A model generated the notes under the pieces. That model was not told the DNA's origin, made no database searches, and saw only the letters and a program-made list of their open reading frames with translations. A DNA stretch of 64,000 bases from Patescibacteria group bacterium (lineage in GTDB: Bacteria; Patescibacteriota; Saccharimonadia; UBA4664; SCTI01): contig SCTI01000001.1 in the NCBI GenBank assembly GCA_004297735.1, positions 51,467-115,466 of the forward strand, in the 5' to 3' direction. Shown here piece by piece: positions 48,231 through 59,650 of the stretch. The translations under genes and the position numbers were made by a program. Every line of letters begins with the position of its first letter. The first letter of the stretch is position 1.

Positions 48231-49568
48231 ATGAACGCACAATTTTTACCAGCTATTAATCAAATTGCTGACGAAAAAGGCCTACCTCGAGATACCATTA
48301 TCGAGGCGGTTGAGGCTGCCCTGGCCGCTGCCTACAAAAAGGATTATGGCGAGAAGGATCAAGACGTCCGCGTATCGCTCAACCAAGATAGCGGTGACAT
48401 CCGCGTATTCATCCGCAAAGAGGTGGTAGCCGACGCGGACGCTAACGACGAGGAGTTTAATGAAAACGCCCAAGTGACGCTTAAGGAAGCCAAAAAAACC
48501 GATAAGGACGCCAAGGTTGGTACCGAGGATGAGCCGTACGTAGTGGAATACGAGGTTGATCCGGGCGAAGGTTTTGGACGTGTCGCCGCTCAAACCGCCA
48601 AGCAAGTGATCATCCAGCGTTTGCGCGAAGCCGAGCGCGAAATCATCTTTAACGAGTACACCGATAAGGTCGACACGTTGCTTAACGGTACGGTCCAGCG
48701 CATTGACGGTAATGTGGTTTACGTTGATATTGGCAAGACCAACGGAGTGCTGTTCGGTGGCGAGCAGATCCCGCACGAGCGCTACTACATTGGTCAGCGT
48801 CTTAAAGTGTACTTGGTGCGAGTTGAGCAGACCGCTCGTGGCCCACAGGTGGTACTAAGCCGGGCTCATGCCACGATGGTAGAGCGCTTGTTTGAGCTAG
48901 AAGTACCCGAGATTGAGACCGGTATGGTTGAGATTAAGGGCGTATCGCGCGAGGCCGGTACCCGCAGCAAGGTGGCGGTCAAGTCCAACAGCGACAGTGT
49001 TGATCCAGTGGGCACCTTTGTTGGTGGGCGCGGAGCTCGCGTCCAGGCCGTTATGGGTGAACTGGGCGAAGAGAAGATCGACATCATTCTATACAGTGAT
49101 GACCCAGAGACCTACATTATTAACGCGCTATCACCAACCAAGGTTATAAGTGTTGAGCTAGATGAAGATGAGCACAAAGCGGTGGTTAAGGTTCCGGAAG
49201 ATCAGCTGAGTCTGGCAATTGGTAAGCAGGGGCAGAACGTGCGCTTAGCCGCCAAGCTAACCGGTTGGAATATCGATATTGTAAGCGCGGATGAGTCCAA
49301 GGTTGAGGCGGTAGCCGAGGCCGCTGATGGTGATGAAACCGAGGCCGGTGAGCCTAAGTTGGCCCCTAAGAAGGGTAACAATCTTGAGGATTCGCTAATT
49401 GCCGCGGTGCAAAAGCAGGAAGGCGACAGCGACCCAGTTGAGACCGCTAAGGACGTGGCCGACGAGGTGGTTGCCTCCGGTGATACCACCGAGACTCCCG
49501 ATGACGAAACGGCGGGTGACGACGGCGAGACCGAGGCCGGCGACTCAGCCGATCCCGACGCAGCTTAA
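48231..49568 (+). CDS. nusA: transcription termination/antitermination factor NusA
   Basis: N-terminal NusA domain, S1 and KH domains. Acidic C-terminal tail. Confidence 0.9.
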   Translation: MNAQFLPAINQIADEKGLPRDTIIEAVEAALAAAYKKDYGEKDQDVRVSLNQDSGDIRVFIRKEVVADADANDEEFNENAQVTLKEAKKTDKDAKVGTEDEPYVVEYEVDPGEGFGRVAAQTAKQVIIQRLREAEREIIFNEYTDKVDTLLNGTVQRIDGNVVYVDIGKTNGVLFGGEQIPHERYYIGQRLKVYLVRVEQTARGPQVVLSRAHATMVERLFELEVPEIETGMVEIKGVSREAGTRSKVAVKSNSDSVDPVGTFVGGRGARVQAVMGELGEEKIDIILYSDDPETYIINALSPTKVISVELDEDEHKAVVKVPEDQLSLAIGKQGQNVRLAAKLTGWNIDIVSADESKVEAVAEAADGDETEAGEPKLAPKKGNNLEDSLIAAVQKQEGDSDPVETAKDVADEVVASGDTTETPDDETAGDDGETEAGDSADPDAA

Positions 49569-49603
49569 ACGCTTAAGTTCATTAGCAATCGCTCTATGAG
49601 CCA

Positions 49604-49630
49604 AAAAACCACTCTTTTGGGTGGTTTTTT
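49604..49630 (+). terminator. intrinsic terminator AAAAAACCAC-TCTTTTGG-GTGGTTTTTT
   Basis: Read directly. Confidence 0.7.
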
Positions 49631-49714
49631 GATGGATTCACACCCAGCCGGTGCTACAATACGATTAAGCAACCATGCGGCTGAGTGCACTCACATCTGG
49701 GATCGGTAAAACTA

Positions 49715-49741
49715 TTGGCACTCTATGCATGAGAGTGCTAA
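49715..49741. promoter_or_regulatory. CIRCE-like inverted repeat TTGGCACTC-N9-GAGTGCTAA upstream of clpC
   Basis: One mismatch to the CIRCE consensus TTAGCACTC-N9-GAGTGCTAA. 60 nt upstream of the clpC ATG. Confidence 0.5.
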
Positions 49742-49802
49742 AATAGTAATAATATGACCAAAAGCATAGGGTACAGCTAAGTTAAGGGAAGGAGCTGCGT
49801 TT

Positions 49803-52286
49803 ATGGCAGTTGAGTTTGGTCCAGAGTTTGACCGTTTTACCGAAAATGCAAAACAAAGCCTGGTGCAGGCCGATGCAATTGCGCGGTCGATGTCGTCAAG
49901 TTATATTGGCACCGAACACATTTTGATGGGGGTGTTGCAGCAAGAGGGCTCAATTGGCTCAAAGATCTTGCGTAACGCCGGCGTGACCATGGACAAAGCC
50001 CACATGGTACTGAGTTTTTCACCCAAGATTATCACCCACGGACATAAAGGGTTGAGCCAGCTGGCCAAGAATACCTTGACGTTGTCGTGGCGAATCGCCC
50101 GCGAGTTTGGTCAGCCCTACTCCGGTACCGAACACATTCTATACGCTTTACTAAGCCAAAAAACCGCTCGATCAAACACAATTTTGCGCGAAATGCAGGT
50201 TGACCCTAACGTGATTCGCTCCGAGCTGGAAGGCTTTTTAAGTAGCCAGCAGTTTGCCGCCGAAGAGGCTCAATCTAGTAGTCGACGGTCAAACTCTAAG
50301 ACTCCAGCGTTGGACAGCTTTGGCGTGGACATGACAGCTAAGGCGGAGGCTGGTAATCTCGACCCAGTAGTGGGGAGAGAGCGTCAGATCGGCCGAGTTA
50401 TTGCGATTTTGAACCGTCGTTCTAAAAACAATCCGGTCTTAATTGGCGAGCCCGGTGTCGGTAAAACCGCCATCGTGGAGGGCTTGGCTCAAAAGATTGT
50501 GGCCGACGAGGTACCCGAGATGCTGCAGGATAAGCGCATCATCATGCTTGATCTTGCTAGCGTGATCGCTGGGACCAAATATCGTGGTGAGTTTGAGGAG
50601 CGACTGAAGAAGCTGCTTGACGAAGTGAAGGCCAATAAAGAGGTTATCTTGTTTATTGACGAGCTACATACGGTGGTTGGCGCCGGCGCGGCCGAAGGTG
50701 CAATTGACGCAGCCAACATCTTAAAGCCGGCTTTGAGCCGCGGCGAAATTCAAGTTATTGGCGCCACCACCTTAGAGGAATACCGCAAGCATATCGAAAA
50801 AGATTCGGCTTTAGAGCGGCGTTTTCAGTCGGTTCAGGTGCCCGAAGCAACGGTCGAGGAGACGATTCAGGTTTTGTACGGCTTGCGACCACGCTATGAG
50901 GATCATCACCGGGTTGAAATTACCGATGAGGCGATTGAGCAGGCGGCTAAGCTGGCCAAGCGCTACGTGGCCGATCGTTTTCTGCCCGACAAGGCGATCG
51001 ATCTAGTCGACGAGGCGGCAAGTTTGGTGCGGATTAAGCGGGGTGCCAGCAGTAAGCAGTTGCGCAACTTGCAGCGCCAGCTTTCGAGTATCCAGGAACG
51101 GATTGAAGATTCGGTGAACGAGCAGGACTTTGAGGAGGCTGCCCGGCTTAAAACGCGGGCTAGCGTACTCGAACAAAAGATCACCGCGGCCAAGGTGCGT
51201 GAAGGTCTAAATGATAATGATCTTAAGATTACAGCTGAGGATATTGCCAATGTTATTAGCGTAATGACCGGCATCCCGGTAACTCGCTTGATTGGTGTCG
51301 AAATGGAGCGCTTGATGCAGTTGGAGCGCCGTTTAAGTCAGCGCGTGGTGTCGCAACCCGAAGCGGTGTCGGCCATTGCTAAGGCGATTCGTCGTAGCCG
51401 AACCGGTATTAGTGATAGCCGCCGGCCAATTGGCTCATTCATCTTTTTGGGGCCGACCGGAGTGGGTAAGACCGAGCTCGCCAGAGTGTTGAGTGAGGAG
51501 ATGTTCCATAGTCGCGATGCGATGATTAAAATCGACATGAGCGAGTTCATGGAAAAACACAACGTTGCTCGATTGGTAGGCGCGCCAGCTGGATACGTGG
51601 GTTATGACGATGGCGGGCAGCTAACCGAGCGAGTGCGACGTAACCCGTACAGCTTGATCCTGTTTGACGAGATCGAGAAGGCTCATCCAGATGTATTCAA
51701 CATGCTGCTGCAGATACTAGAAGACGGCTACGCCACCGACGCCAAGGGTAAGCGGGTTGATTTTCGAAACACCATCATTATTATGACCAGCAATGTTGGT
51801 GCCGAAACCATGTACAAGCAGGCCAAGCTTGGGTTCCAGGCCGAAACCAAGAAAGAGGAGCAGGAACTGGATCGTCACCACGAACACGTTAAAGAGCAGG
51901 TTATGGGGTCACTTAAAAAGACCTTTCGCCCCGAGTTTTTAAACCGGATTGACGATGTGGTGGTGTTCCGCCCGCTGAGCAAGCTTGATATTAGGGAGAT
52001 CCTTAATTTACAGTTAAGCGATCTAGCCGGCCGCCTCGGTGAGCAAGGCTTAAGTATCCGCGTGTCTTCAACCGCTAAAAGTCTATTGATTGATAAGGGC
52101 TACAATGTCGATCAGGGCGCTCGTCCGATGCGTCGAGCGATTCAAGATATGATCGAGGATCCGCTGGCCATTGGCGTTCTTAAGGGTGAGTACAAAGAGG
52201 GCGATACCGTTAGTATTACTGCCAAGGGTGACGAGCTGGTGCTAAAAACGCTAGCGCCAAAGCCAAAAAGCGCCAAAGTCGCCTAG
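49803..52286 (+). CDS. clpC: ATP-dependent Clp protease ATP-binding subunit ClpC
   Basis: Two Clp_N repeats. Two AAA+ modules ([15 protein letters not shown]; [12 protein letters not shown]). Short UVR-type middle domain ([18 protein letters not shown]), which argues ClpC rather than ClpB. Confidence 0.9.
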   Translation: MAVEFGPEFDRFTENAKQSLVQADAIARSMSSSYIGTEHILMGVLQQEGSIGSKILRNAGVTMDKAHMVLSFSPKIITHGHKGLSQLAKNTLTLSWRIAREFGQPYSGTEHILYALLSQKTARSNTILREMQVDPNVIRSELEGFLSSQQFAAEEAQSSSRRSNSKTPALDSFGVDMTAKAEAGNLDPVVGRERQIGRVIAILNRRSKNNPVLIGEPGVGKTAIVEGLAQKIVADEVPEMLQDKRIIMLDLASVIAGTKYRGEFEERLKKLLDEVKANKEVILFIDELHTVVGAGAAEGAIDAANILKPALSRGEIQVIGATTLEEYRKHIEKDSALERRFQSVQVPEATVEETIQVLYGLRPRYEDHHRVEITDEAIEQAAKLAKRYVADRFLPDKAIDLVDEAASLVRIKRGASSKQLRNLQRQLSSIQERIEDSVNEQDFEEAARLKTRASVLEQKITAAKVREGLNDNDLKITAEDIANVISVMTGIPVTRLIGVEMERLMQLERRLSQRVVSQPEAVSAIAKAIRRSRTGISDSRRPIGSFIFLGPTGVGKTELARVLSEEMFHSRDAMIKIDMSEFMEKHNVARLVGAPAGYVGYDDGGQLTERVRRNPYSLILFDEIEKAHPDVFNMLLQILEDGYATDAKGKRVDFRNTIIIMTSNVGAETMYKQAKLGFQAETKKEEQELDRHHEHVKEQVMGSLKKTFRPEFLNRIDDVVVFRPLSKLDIREILNLQLSDLAGRLGEQGLSIRVSSTAKSLLIDKGYNVDQGARPMRRAIQDMIEDPLAIGVLKGEYKEGDTVSITAKGDELVLKTLAPKPKSAKVA

Positions 52287-52364
52287 CTTACTTTTAGGTA
52301 GTTAGAATTAAGAATTTTTTAATCTTTAGCTGCTATGCTGATAAAAATAAAGAGGGAGTTTAGC

Positions 52365-52640
52365 ATGGCAGGATTTACAAAAGAACAAAAACAAGAGTTG
52401 GTAGACATCGTAAAGCCCATGATCGATGAGCTAGCTCTCCAGATGGGGAAAGGCTTTAATGAGGTAACCGAACGATTCGCACGAATGGATGACCGGTTTG
52501 ACCGAATCGAGATTCGATTAGATAGGGTAGAGGGACGACTCGATAGTCTGGAATATAAGTTTGATCTAATGGACCAAAGGGTAACAAAGACCGAGGCAGC
52601 CGTAATTCACCATCGGCTGGTAGCTCAGGCAAAAGCTTAG
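52365..52640 (+). CDS. hypothetical small coiled-coil protein
   Basis: AGGGAG RBS. Heptad-repeat sequence. Confidence 0.4.
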   Translation: MAGFTKEQKQELVDIVKPMIDELALQMGKGFNEVTERFARMDDRFDRIEIRLDRVEGRLDSLEYKFDLMDQRVTKTEAAVIHHRLVAQAKA

Positions 52641-52688
52641 TTCGCTTTTTGTTCGCTTTTAAATTCAAGCTATGCTAGCATAGAAACA

Positions 52689-54029
52689 ATGGCAAAAACG
52701 GTTACTCAGTATGTTTGTCAAAACTGCGGCGCTACTTATTCTAAGTGGGCGGGTAAGTGTGATCAGTGCGATAGCTGGAACAGCTTGGTGGAATCGGTAG
52801 CGACGGTAGCCGGTGCAACCACCAAGAAGGGTAATGCGGTTGCCGCCCTGCGCCCCGAAAAGCTAAGTGAGGTGGCCACTAAAAAGCTGCCACGAATTAG
52901 TGCCGGCGTCGAAGAGGTTGATCAGGTTTTGGGTGGCGGAATTGTACCTGGTTCGGTACTGCTGCTTTCGGGGGATCCAGGAATTGGTAAGTCAACGCTG
53001 GTGCTACAGGTTGCTGCCGCCATCGCCGCAAATAAATCGGTACTGTATGTTAGCGGCGAGGAGTCAACCAGCCAGGTCAAGTTGAGAGCTGATCGCTTAG
53101 GAGTTGCCGCCGAGCAGCTGGCTTTGCTGTCCGAAACCAACGTCGATGGTATCGCGGCAACTATGGCTAGCGGTGAATACGACCTGGTTATTATCGACTC
53201 AATTCAAACCATGGCAACCGACGATCTGACCGGTAGCCCAGGTACGGTGGGTCAGATTACAGCCTCGGCGCAGCGGTTACAGCAGGTGGCTAAGGCGCAG
53301 CACGTGGCAACAATTATTATCGGTCACGTTACCAAGGAGGGGACAATTGCCGGGCCTAAGATTTTGGAGCACCTGGTTGACGTTGTACTCTATCTGGAGG
53401 GTGACCGGTATGGCTCGTTTAAGGCTTTGCGTGGCATAAAAAACCGGTTTGGTTCAACCAGCGAGGTGGGTATTTTTGAGATGGGCGATAAGGGTTTAAT
53501 ACCGGTACCGAACCCCTCCGCCGCTCTTCTGGCTGAACGCCAGGAGGCGCCCGGATCGGCGGTACTGGCTACAGTTGAGGGAACGCGTCCGATTTTGGTC
53601 GAGGTTCAAGCTTTGGTGTCAAAATCGGTATTTGGTTATCCCAAACGAACCGCCTCCGGATTTGACCTTAATCGCCTTAATTTACTGGTGGCGGTGCTTA
53701 CTAAACGAGCTGGTTTAAACTTGAGTGATCAAGACATTTATGTTAATATAATAGGCGGATTGAAAATCACTGAACCGGCAGCTGATCTAGCAATTATTCT
53801 GGCGATCGCCTCGGCGTTTAAGAATACGCCCATCGCTCATAATCTTATTGCTTTTGGCGAAGTTGGCCTAAGTGGTGAGATCCGTTCGGTGAGTAATGTA
53901 TCAGCCCGACTGGCTGAGGCAAAAAAGCTCGGTTTTCGATATGCAGTTGGCCCATCGCGCCAACCAACCAAAGATATGAGTCAAGTTAAGACCATTAAAC
54001 AAGCAATCGAAGCCGCCTTACCGGCATAA
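52689..54029 (+). CDS. radA: DNA repair protein RadA
   Basis: C4 zinc finger (CQNCG...CDQC). RecA-like Walker [15 protein letters not shown] motif. Lon-like C-terminal domain. Confidence 0.9.
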   Translation: MAKTVTQYVCQNCGATYSKWAGKCDQCDSWNSLVESVATVAGATTKKGNAVAALRPEKLSEVATKKLPRISAGVEEVDQVLGGGIVPGSVLLLSGDPGIGKSTLVLQVAAAIAANKSVLYVSGEESTSQVKLRADRLGVAAEQLALLSETNVDGIAATMASGEYDLVIIDSIQTMATDDLTGSPGTVGQITASAQRLQQVAKAQHVATIIIGHVTKEGTIAGPKILEHLVDVVLYLEGDRYGSFKALRGIKNRFGSTSEVGIFEMGDKGLIPVPNPSAALLAERQEAPGSAVLATVEGTRPILVEVQALVSKSVFGYPKRTASGFDLNRLNLLVAVLTKRAGLNLSDQDIYVNIIGGLKITEPAADLAIILAIASAFKNTPIAHNLIAFGEVGLSGEIRSVSNVSARLAEAKKLGFRYAVGPSRQPTKDMSQVKTIKQAIEAALPA

Positions 54030-54091
54030 CAATAGGAACTTATAACATAATAGCGGCTGACCTATTGCAGCCAAGGAGATATATTGTACCT

Positions 54092-55009
54092 ATGATTTTT
54101 AAACGTAATTCTGATAAATCCGACGAACCGAGCTCTATCCCATCCGCTCAAAGCGGTGCCGCTTTGGTTGATACCTCGGTTATTATTGACGCCCGTATCG
54201 CTGACATCGCCAAAGCCGGTTTTGCTCCAGGCAAGCTACTGATCCCACGCTTTGTATTAGCTGAGCTGCAGAACATTGCCGACTCAAGTGACGCCATGCG
54301 TCGTGGACGCGGTCGTCGCGGGCTAGAGACGCTCAACACCATGCGCGACAACGGTGTAGACATGGAAGTGATTGAGGATGATGTTTCGGATATCCCCGAA
54401 GTTGACGCTAAGTTGGTGCGACTTGGTCGTACTCATGGCGTGAGCGTCCTTACCACCGACTACAACCTTAACCGCGTGGCCAGCATTGAAGGTGTGCGAG
54501 TGCTTAACATTAACGAGCTAGCTAATGCGGTGCGACCGGTTATTTTGCCAGGAGAGCATATGCAGATCAAGGTGGTTCAGCCGGGCAAGGAGCGCGGCCA
54601 GGGTGTTGGCTACCTAGCCGACGGTACCATGGTGGTGGTTGATAGCGGCGATAAGCTGATCGGCCAGGAGGTTGATGTCGAGATCACCCGGGTGTTCCAA
54701 ACCGTTGCTGGGAAGATGCTGTTTTCGGTACCTCAGGGTGTTAAGCCCCAGGGTGACGGCAAGGCTTCGCGCAAGCTAACTAAGGCCGAGATTCCGCAGC
54801 AACCAAGCAATGGCCGCAGTAATGGAGATCGCCCCAAGCGTGGCCCCAAGCCAGATAATGGCAAAAACGGTCGCCCACAGGGACCTAAGGCACAGACAGA
54901 CTCAAGGCCACAACCAAACAAGGATCGAGCAGAACGTCGTCCGCGTAAACGAGTTAGCCCAACTCAGCGGCTAGAAGATAGCTTGCTTGAGATGACCAAG
55001 GCCGAGTAA
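54092..55009 (+). CDS. PIN and TRAM domain protein (YacL-like) with a long basic disordered tail
   Basis: PIN ([11 protein letters not shown]...) plus TRAM ([12 protein letters not shown]...). The radA-yacL order matches Firmicutes synteny. Confidence 0.75.
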   Translation: MIFKRNSDKSDEPSSIPSAQSGAALVDTSVIIDARIADIAKAGFAPGKLLIPRFVLAELQNIADSSDAMRRGRGRRGLETLNTMRDNGVDMEVIEDDVSDIPEVDAKLVRLGRTHGVSVLTTDYNLNRVASIEGVRVLNINELANAVRPVILPGEHMQIKVVQPGKERGQGVGYLADGTMVVVDSGDKLIGQEVDVEITRVFQTVAGKMLFSVPQGVKPQGDGKASRKLTKAEIPQQPSNGRSNGDRPKRGPKPDNGKNGRPQGPKAQTDSRPQPNKDRAERRPRKRVSPTQRLEDSLLEMTKAE

Positions 55010-55052
55010 ATAATCTGGCTGTCCAAAGCCGAAACCATTCAAGCCATAAAGC

Positions 55053-55316
55053 TTATTGCACCACAAATATTCGAGTAGGCGTGGTGGACCCGCCAGAATC
55101 TACGTTCCAAGTATAAGTCCCTTTGGTGAGGGGCGCGTTAACTGTGACCGAGGTACTTTTGAGGTTTGGGTAGCTCGGGCTGCCTCCGGGACCGCTAATA
55201 TGTAGACGGTATACGCCATTACCCCCGGGCGACCAGCTAAAGGTCGTTGCTGCGCCGCTATGGAGTTTGGCCTGGTTGGCAGGGCTGATTACCACAAAAG
55301 GAGGCGCCGCCGGCAC
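55053..55316 (-). other. possible frameshifted continuation of the PBP1A C-terminal Ig-like region (second Ig-like module in another frame)
   Basis: The alternate frame encodes a beta-sandwich-like sequence (TFSWSPGGNGVYRLHISG...TYTWNVD) resembling the preceding module. The overlap is at a G/C-rich run. Confidence 0.3.
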
Positions 55317-57912
55317 TACCCCCAGAGGCCACGGTTACGGTTGTTTCACTACTGCCGCTATAAAGTGCGGCGTCGGTTACGACTGCTCGCAGCGTGTAGC
55401 TGCCGGCTGGTGGAGAGTTGGTAAAGTTGTAGGTGGTTGAGCCGCTAATCTCCTGGGTGGAAATTATTTGGTCGTTAAGATACACCGTTAAGCTTTTAAG
55501 CGGGTGTGTCCCCTGGACCACGTTCACGCTAATTTGAATTGGTCCGGTTCCGGTAGCGCTAATCTGGGCGGTCGGTTTAATATCGGTACATTTGTGGACG
55601 TCATCTTTGTCGACTGGGATGGCTCCACCGCTGGTGTAACCGAGCGTACGCGCCAGGGCAGCAATCGGAGGAAACCACTTACTGTACTGTGGGTCGCTGG
55701 GCGGAACCTCGGCGCTAATCTGGGCGGTCGTAACGGTCTCAACCGCTTCGGGTGGGGTACATTCGGTTGCGAGCTTGCCGCTAACTTTATCAACCTGACC
55801 GGTTTGGGTGCCCGCAACGTTTTCTGGTCGATACCAGCTAGGGAAGATGTCGGTGCGGCGCTGCTTGGTTGAGGCGGTTGGGAGCTTACCGGTATTGGCA
55901 TCCAGGGTTACCTCTTTAATACCGCTTGGTTTGGTGAACTCCTTGTTAGGGTACCCCTGCAGGGCTGACTTCATATAGGTGTTCCAAATCGGCGCCGATA
56001 CCGTGCTGGCCGACGAGGTCATTGGTTTGTTGTTGTTATTTCCGGCCCAAACGCCTGTTACTAAATCGGGGGTATAGCCCATAGTCCAGGCATCATTGTA
56101 GTTTTCGGTGGTACCGGTTTTAGCTGCCACGGTCCGCCCCGGAATAACCAGCGGGTTGTTGGCGCCAAAGATGTAGCTGCGAGCTTTGTTGTCGCTCAGG
56201 ATACTAGAGATCAAGTAAGGAATTTGAGGATCAAGCGCTTTTTTACCCTTTGGCTTTTCGTTATCTTCAACCACCTTATTGTTGGGGTCGGTTACCTTTA
56301 GGATTGGGGTGGCATCGTAATGGGTGCCGCCGTTAGCGAAACTTTCGTAGGCATTAACCATCTCGTTCAGCTTAACCTCGCCCGAACCAAGTACCAAGCT
56401 CAAGCCGTAGGTGCTTGGGGACTCATTGAGCGTGGTGATGCCCAGGTCTTTAGCGGTTTTAAGCGATTCAGGAATACCGGCCAGCCAGAGCATCTTAACC
56501 GCTGGGATGTTGAGCGAGCCAGCCAGCGCGGTACGAACCGACTGGACCCCATAAAACTTGCCGGTGTAGTTTTTTGGCTTATAGTTACCAAAGTCGGTTT
56601 GAACGTCGTAGATGGTACTGCCGGGCCCCCAGTTCTTTTTAAAGCCGGTGGCGTAAACAATTGGCTTAAAGCTAGAACCAGGCTGGCGCTTGGCCAGAGC
56701 GACGTTAAAGTCTCCATAATCCGGGTCGTTATAGTCATACGAGCCAACCATGGCTAAGACCTGGCCGGTCTTAGGGTCGGCCGAGACCAAAGCAGCATTT
56801 GATCCGCCGAGCCGCCGCACATTGGTCATATTCTTTTTAATAGCTTCCTCGGCCTGCTTTTGCTTTTCGATATCAAGTGAGGTGATTACCTTGAGCCCAC
56901 CATCCTCTACCTGCCGAACGCCATACTTGGCCTCCAGATACTCTTGAGCGTAGCGGGCAAAGTGAGGGAAGTCGGTTTTTTGGGTGGCAATCTTGGGGAC
57001 CGGCGATAGGTTCAGTTTGGCAACCAGGTTGTCCAAAGATGGCCCGCCCTGAATCTTGGCGGCATCGGCCTCCTGCTGGCTAATCTTCTTTTGCTCCACC
57101 ATGCGATCCAGTACGGTGTGCTGGCGAGCAATTAAGGCGTCACGGTTCTGGCCGTAAGGTGAGTAGTAGGTGGGCAGCTGCGGTATCGAAGCTAGGGTAG
57201 CCGATTGGGCTAAAGTCAGGTTTTTGGCACACTTGTCACCTTGAATATTTTGAGGGAAGTAGGTGCGACAGGCCGACTCAACCCCGTAGGCCTGTGAGCC
57301 GTAAGGGATCTCATTGAGGTATAGCTTAAGGATGTCATCTTTTTTATAGAGCTGTTCAATCTCGAAGGCTAAAATTAGCTCTTTGATCTTGCGAGTATAG
57401 GATCGCTCAGGTGTAAGCAGAGCGTTCTTAACGTACTGCTGGGTGATGGTTGAGCCACCGCCCCTAGTTGGATCGCGGAACAAAATCCCAGTAAAGGCGC
57501 GACCAACTCCCATAAAACTAAAGGCACCGTGCTTGTAAAAATCCTTGTCCTCAATTGCTACGGTGGCGTCCTTAATGCTCTGCGGCATTTCCTGGAACTC
57601 GATTACCTTACGGTTCTTGTCGCCGTGGACCTCAAAAATCTTGGTCTGACCGGTGCGATCATAAAAAACGGTGTTTTGGGAGCCGATCCGAGCGTTAATT
57701 TTTCCGGGGCTAGGAAGATCTTTGGCAAAGTAAGCCAAAACCAGGAACATAGCCAAAAAACCGGCCCCGGCAATCTTGCCGGCCCGCTTGGCGCCCTCAG
57801 CGTTTAGCCAATAGCGCTTAAAGTTACTAGGAGTTAAGAAAGACGCCCCGAAGCGCTTGGCGCGGCCGGCAAAGCTGCGATCACTGGAGCGGATAACCCG
57901 TCGTTTAGCCAT
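55258..57912 (-). CDS. penicillin-binding protein 1A (bifunctional glycosyltransferase/transpeptidase) with a C-terminal Ig-like extension
   Basis: GT51 motifs (EDKDFYKHGAFS; RGGSTITQQ). Transpeptidase SxxK (SSFKP), SxN and KTGT. N-terminal TM. Confidence 0.9.
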   Translation of the reverse strand: MAKRRVIRSSDRSFAGRAKRFGASFLTPSNFKRYWLNAEGAKRAGKIAGAGFLAMFLVLAYFAKDLPSPGKINARIGSQNTVFYDRTGQTKIFEVHGDKNRKVIEFQEMPQSIKDATVAIEDKDFYKHGAFSFMGVGRAFTGILFRDPTRGGGSTITQQYVKNALLTPERSYTRKIKELILAFEIEQLYKKDDILKLYLNEIPYGSQAYGVESACRTYFPQNIQGDKCAKNLTLAQSATLASIPQLPTYYSPYGQNRDALIARQHTVLDRMVEQKKISQQEADAAKIQGGPSLDNLVAKLNLSPVPKIATQKTDFPHFARYAQEYLEAKYGVRQVEDGGLKVITSLDIEKQKQAEEAIKKNMTNVRRLGGSNAALVSADPKTGQVLAMVGSYDYNDPDYGDFNVALAKRQPGSSFKPIVYATGFKKNWGPGSTIYDVQTDFGNYKPKNYTGKFYGVQSVRTALAGSLNIPAVKMLWLAGIPESLKTAKDLGITTLNESPSTYGLSLVLGSGEVKLNEMVNAYESFANGGTHYDATPILKVTDPNNKVVEDNEKPKGKKALDPQIPYLISSILSDNKARSYIFGANNPLVIPGRTVAAKTGTTENYNDAWTMGYTPDLVTGVWAGNNNNKPMTSSASTVSAPIWNTYMKSALQGYPNKEFTKPSGIKEVTLDANTGKLPTASTKQRRTDIFPSWYRPENVAGTQTGQVDKVSGKLATECTPPEAVETVTTAQISAEVPPSDPQYSKWFPPIAALARTLGYTSGGAIPVDKDDVHKCTDIKPTAQISATGTGPIQISVNVVQGTHPLKSLTVYLNDQIISTQEISGSTTYNFTNSPPAGSYTLRAVVTDAALYSGSSETTVTVASGGSAGGASFCGNQPCQPGQTP

Positions 57913-58054
57913 GTAATGGTGTGCTCATAATTGTAGAGCTATTATACCGTTTTGGCGCTCACCAGCCAAGCCAATATGCTTAAGGTTGCAATCGGGTGCA
58001 GAGATTGTAAAATTGGTCCAAGTTCTTCAACAACTACCTAGGGGATAATCTTCC

Positions 58055-58393
58055 TTGAGCCATACGACAAGTATTGATCTTTCGGCAGGCCCGACCGAGA
58101 TTCGCCAACATCACGTCAACACCGAGGTGGCCGGCTGGACAGTTCGAGTCTGGGCATTCGGCTCCGATGCAGTTACGCCGCGATGTGTTGCCCTGCTCAT
58201 CGAGTCCGCGAACGGTGATCGGGAGGTTCTCGATTTCACTCAGCCGGGCATGCGCCGGGCAATTCAGCTGGCGTCAGCTCCGACTCAGGCTTTCACCGAA
58301 GAGGCCTTCAACGAGTGGCGCGATAACACGCGGCGGCTCCCGGGTGTCACTCCGCTCGATGTCATCCTCCCATCCACCGCCTCTCAGCGCTAG
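58055..58393 (+). CDS. hypothetical protein on a GC-rich islet (TTG start uncertain)
   Basis: ORF. GC-rich. Hairpin plus TTTT downstream. Confidence 0.35.
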   Translation: MSHTTSIDLSAGPTEIRQHHVNTEVAGWTVRVWAFGSDAVTPRCVALLIESANGDREVLDFTQPGMRRAIQLASAPTQAFTEEAFNEWRDNTRRLPGVTPLDVILPSTASQR

Positions 58394-58446
58394 CTGAGGG
58401 GCGGTTGCCCTTTTAACCCAAGAAGATCAAAGTCAACCGCTATGCT

Positions 58447-59643
58447 ATGATAAAAACCATGAAAGACGTTATTTTAAGCCGCGCCCAAGACATTATCGTC
58501 AAATCAGAAGTCGAACAGGCATTATCCAGCGACCAAAAACTTCGTATTAAACTTGGTATCGACCCAACCGGTCCGGTACTTCATTTGGGGCGGGCATCAG
58601 TTGTTCGCCGCCTAAAGAACCTACAAGATATGGGTCACCAGATCGTTCTGATCGTGGGCGATTTTACCGCTAAGATCGGTGATGCTTCCGATAAAACCAG
58701 CGAGCGTCAGGTACTCAGTGACGATGTCATTAAGGCCAACATGGCCGACTATAAGGCTCAGCTCGGCCAAATTCTCGATATGAGCAAGGTTGAGTTTCAT
58801 TACAACTCGGAGTGGCTGAGCAAAATCCCGCTCGATAAGTTTATTGAGTTGGCCCAGCAGTTTACGGTGGCGCAGATGATTGAGCGCGAAAACTACGCCA
58901 TTCGGTTTAAAGAAAATCGACCGATTGGCCTACATGAGTTTCTCTACCCAATTCTGCAGGGTTATGACTCGATTGCGGTTAAGGCGGATATTGAAATTGG
59001 CGGCACCGATCAGCTGTTTAACCTAATGGCTGGGCGCACCATGCAAAAGAACGCCGGCCAAAAGCCTCAAAGCGTGCTCACCTTTGAGCTGCTGACCGGT
59101 CCAGACGGCCGCAAGATGTCGACCAGTTGGGGTAACGCCATCTATATTACCGACGAGCCAAACGACATGTACGGCAAGTTGATGCGTATTAATGATGAGT
59201 TAATTGCCGAGTACTATCGGATCTGTACCGATGTGCCACTTGATGTGATTGAACAGGTGGTAGACGATATTGCCGGTGGCGCCAACCCGCGTGACACCAA
59301 GGCCTCGCTCGCGCGCGAGATCGTGACGATTTACCACGGCGAAAAGGCCGCGTTTGCAGCTGAGGAGGCGTTTAACGCTCAGTTCCGCGAGGGCAAGTTG
59401 CCTGAGGATATGGCCGAGGAGACCGTCAGTAAGAGTAAATGGCAGCCGATAGAGTTGTTAGTGGCGCTGAAATTAGCTGAGAGTAAATCTGATGCTAGAC
59501 GATTATTGGAACAAGGAGGAGTTCGCCTGAATGGCGTGCAGATCAAGCAGGAGCGTACGAAAACCTCTGAAATTACTGTTGAGCCGGATGACGTCATCCA
59601 GGTTGGTAAACGCCGTTTCGTGAAGCTTCGGGTTAAGGGCTAG
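58447..59643 (+). CDS. tyrS: tyrosine--tRNA ligase
   Basis: HLG-type motif (VLHLGRA), KMSTS, C-terminal S4 domain (RLLEQGGVRLNGVQI). Confidence 0.85.
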   Translation: MIKTMKDVILSRAQDIIVKSEVEQALSSDQKLRIKLGIDPTGPVLHLGRASVVRRLKNLQDMGHQIVLIVGDFTAKIGDASDKTSERQVLSDDVIKANMADYKAQLGQILDMSKVEFHYNSEWLSKIPLDKFIELAQQFTVAQMIERENYAIRFKENRPIGLHEFLYPILQGYDSIAVKADIEIGGTDQLFNLMAGRTMQKNAGQKPQSVLTFELLTGPDGRKMSTSWGNAIYITDEPNDMYGKLMRINDELIAEYYRICTDVPLDVIEQVVDDIAGGANPRDTKASLAREIVTIYHGEKAAFAAEEAFNAQFREGKLPEDMAEETVSKSKWQPIELLVALKLAESKSDARRLLEQGGVRLNGVQIKQERTKTSEITVEPDDVIQVGKRRFVKLRVKG

Positions 59644-59650
59644 TTTTTCT

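Noticed and set aside
55053-55316. Independent 87-aa gene downstream of PBP1A
   Set aside because: It has no start context of its own and continues the Ig-like theme of the PBP tail. It is more parsimoniously a frameshifted continuation and is reported as such with low confidence.
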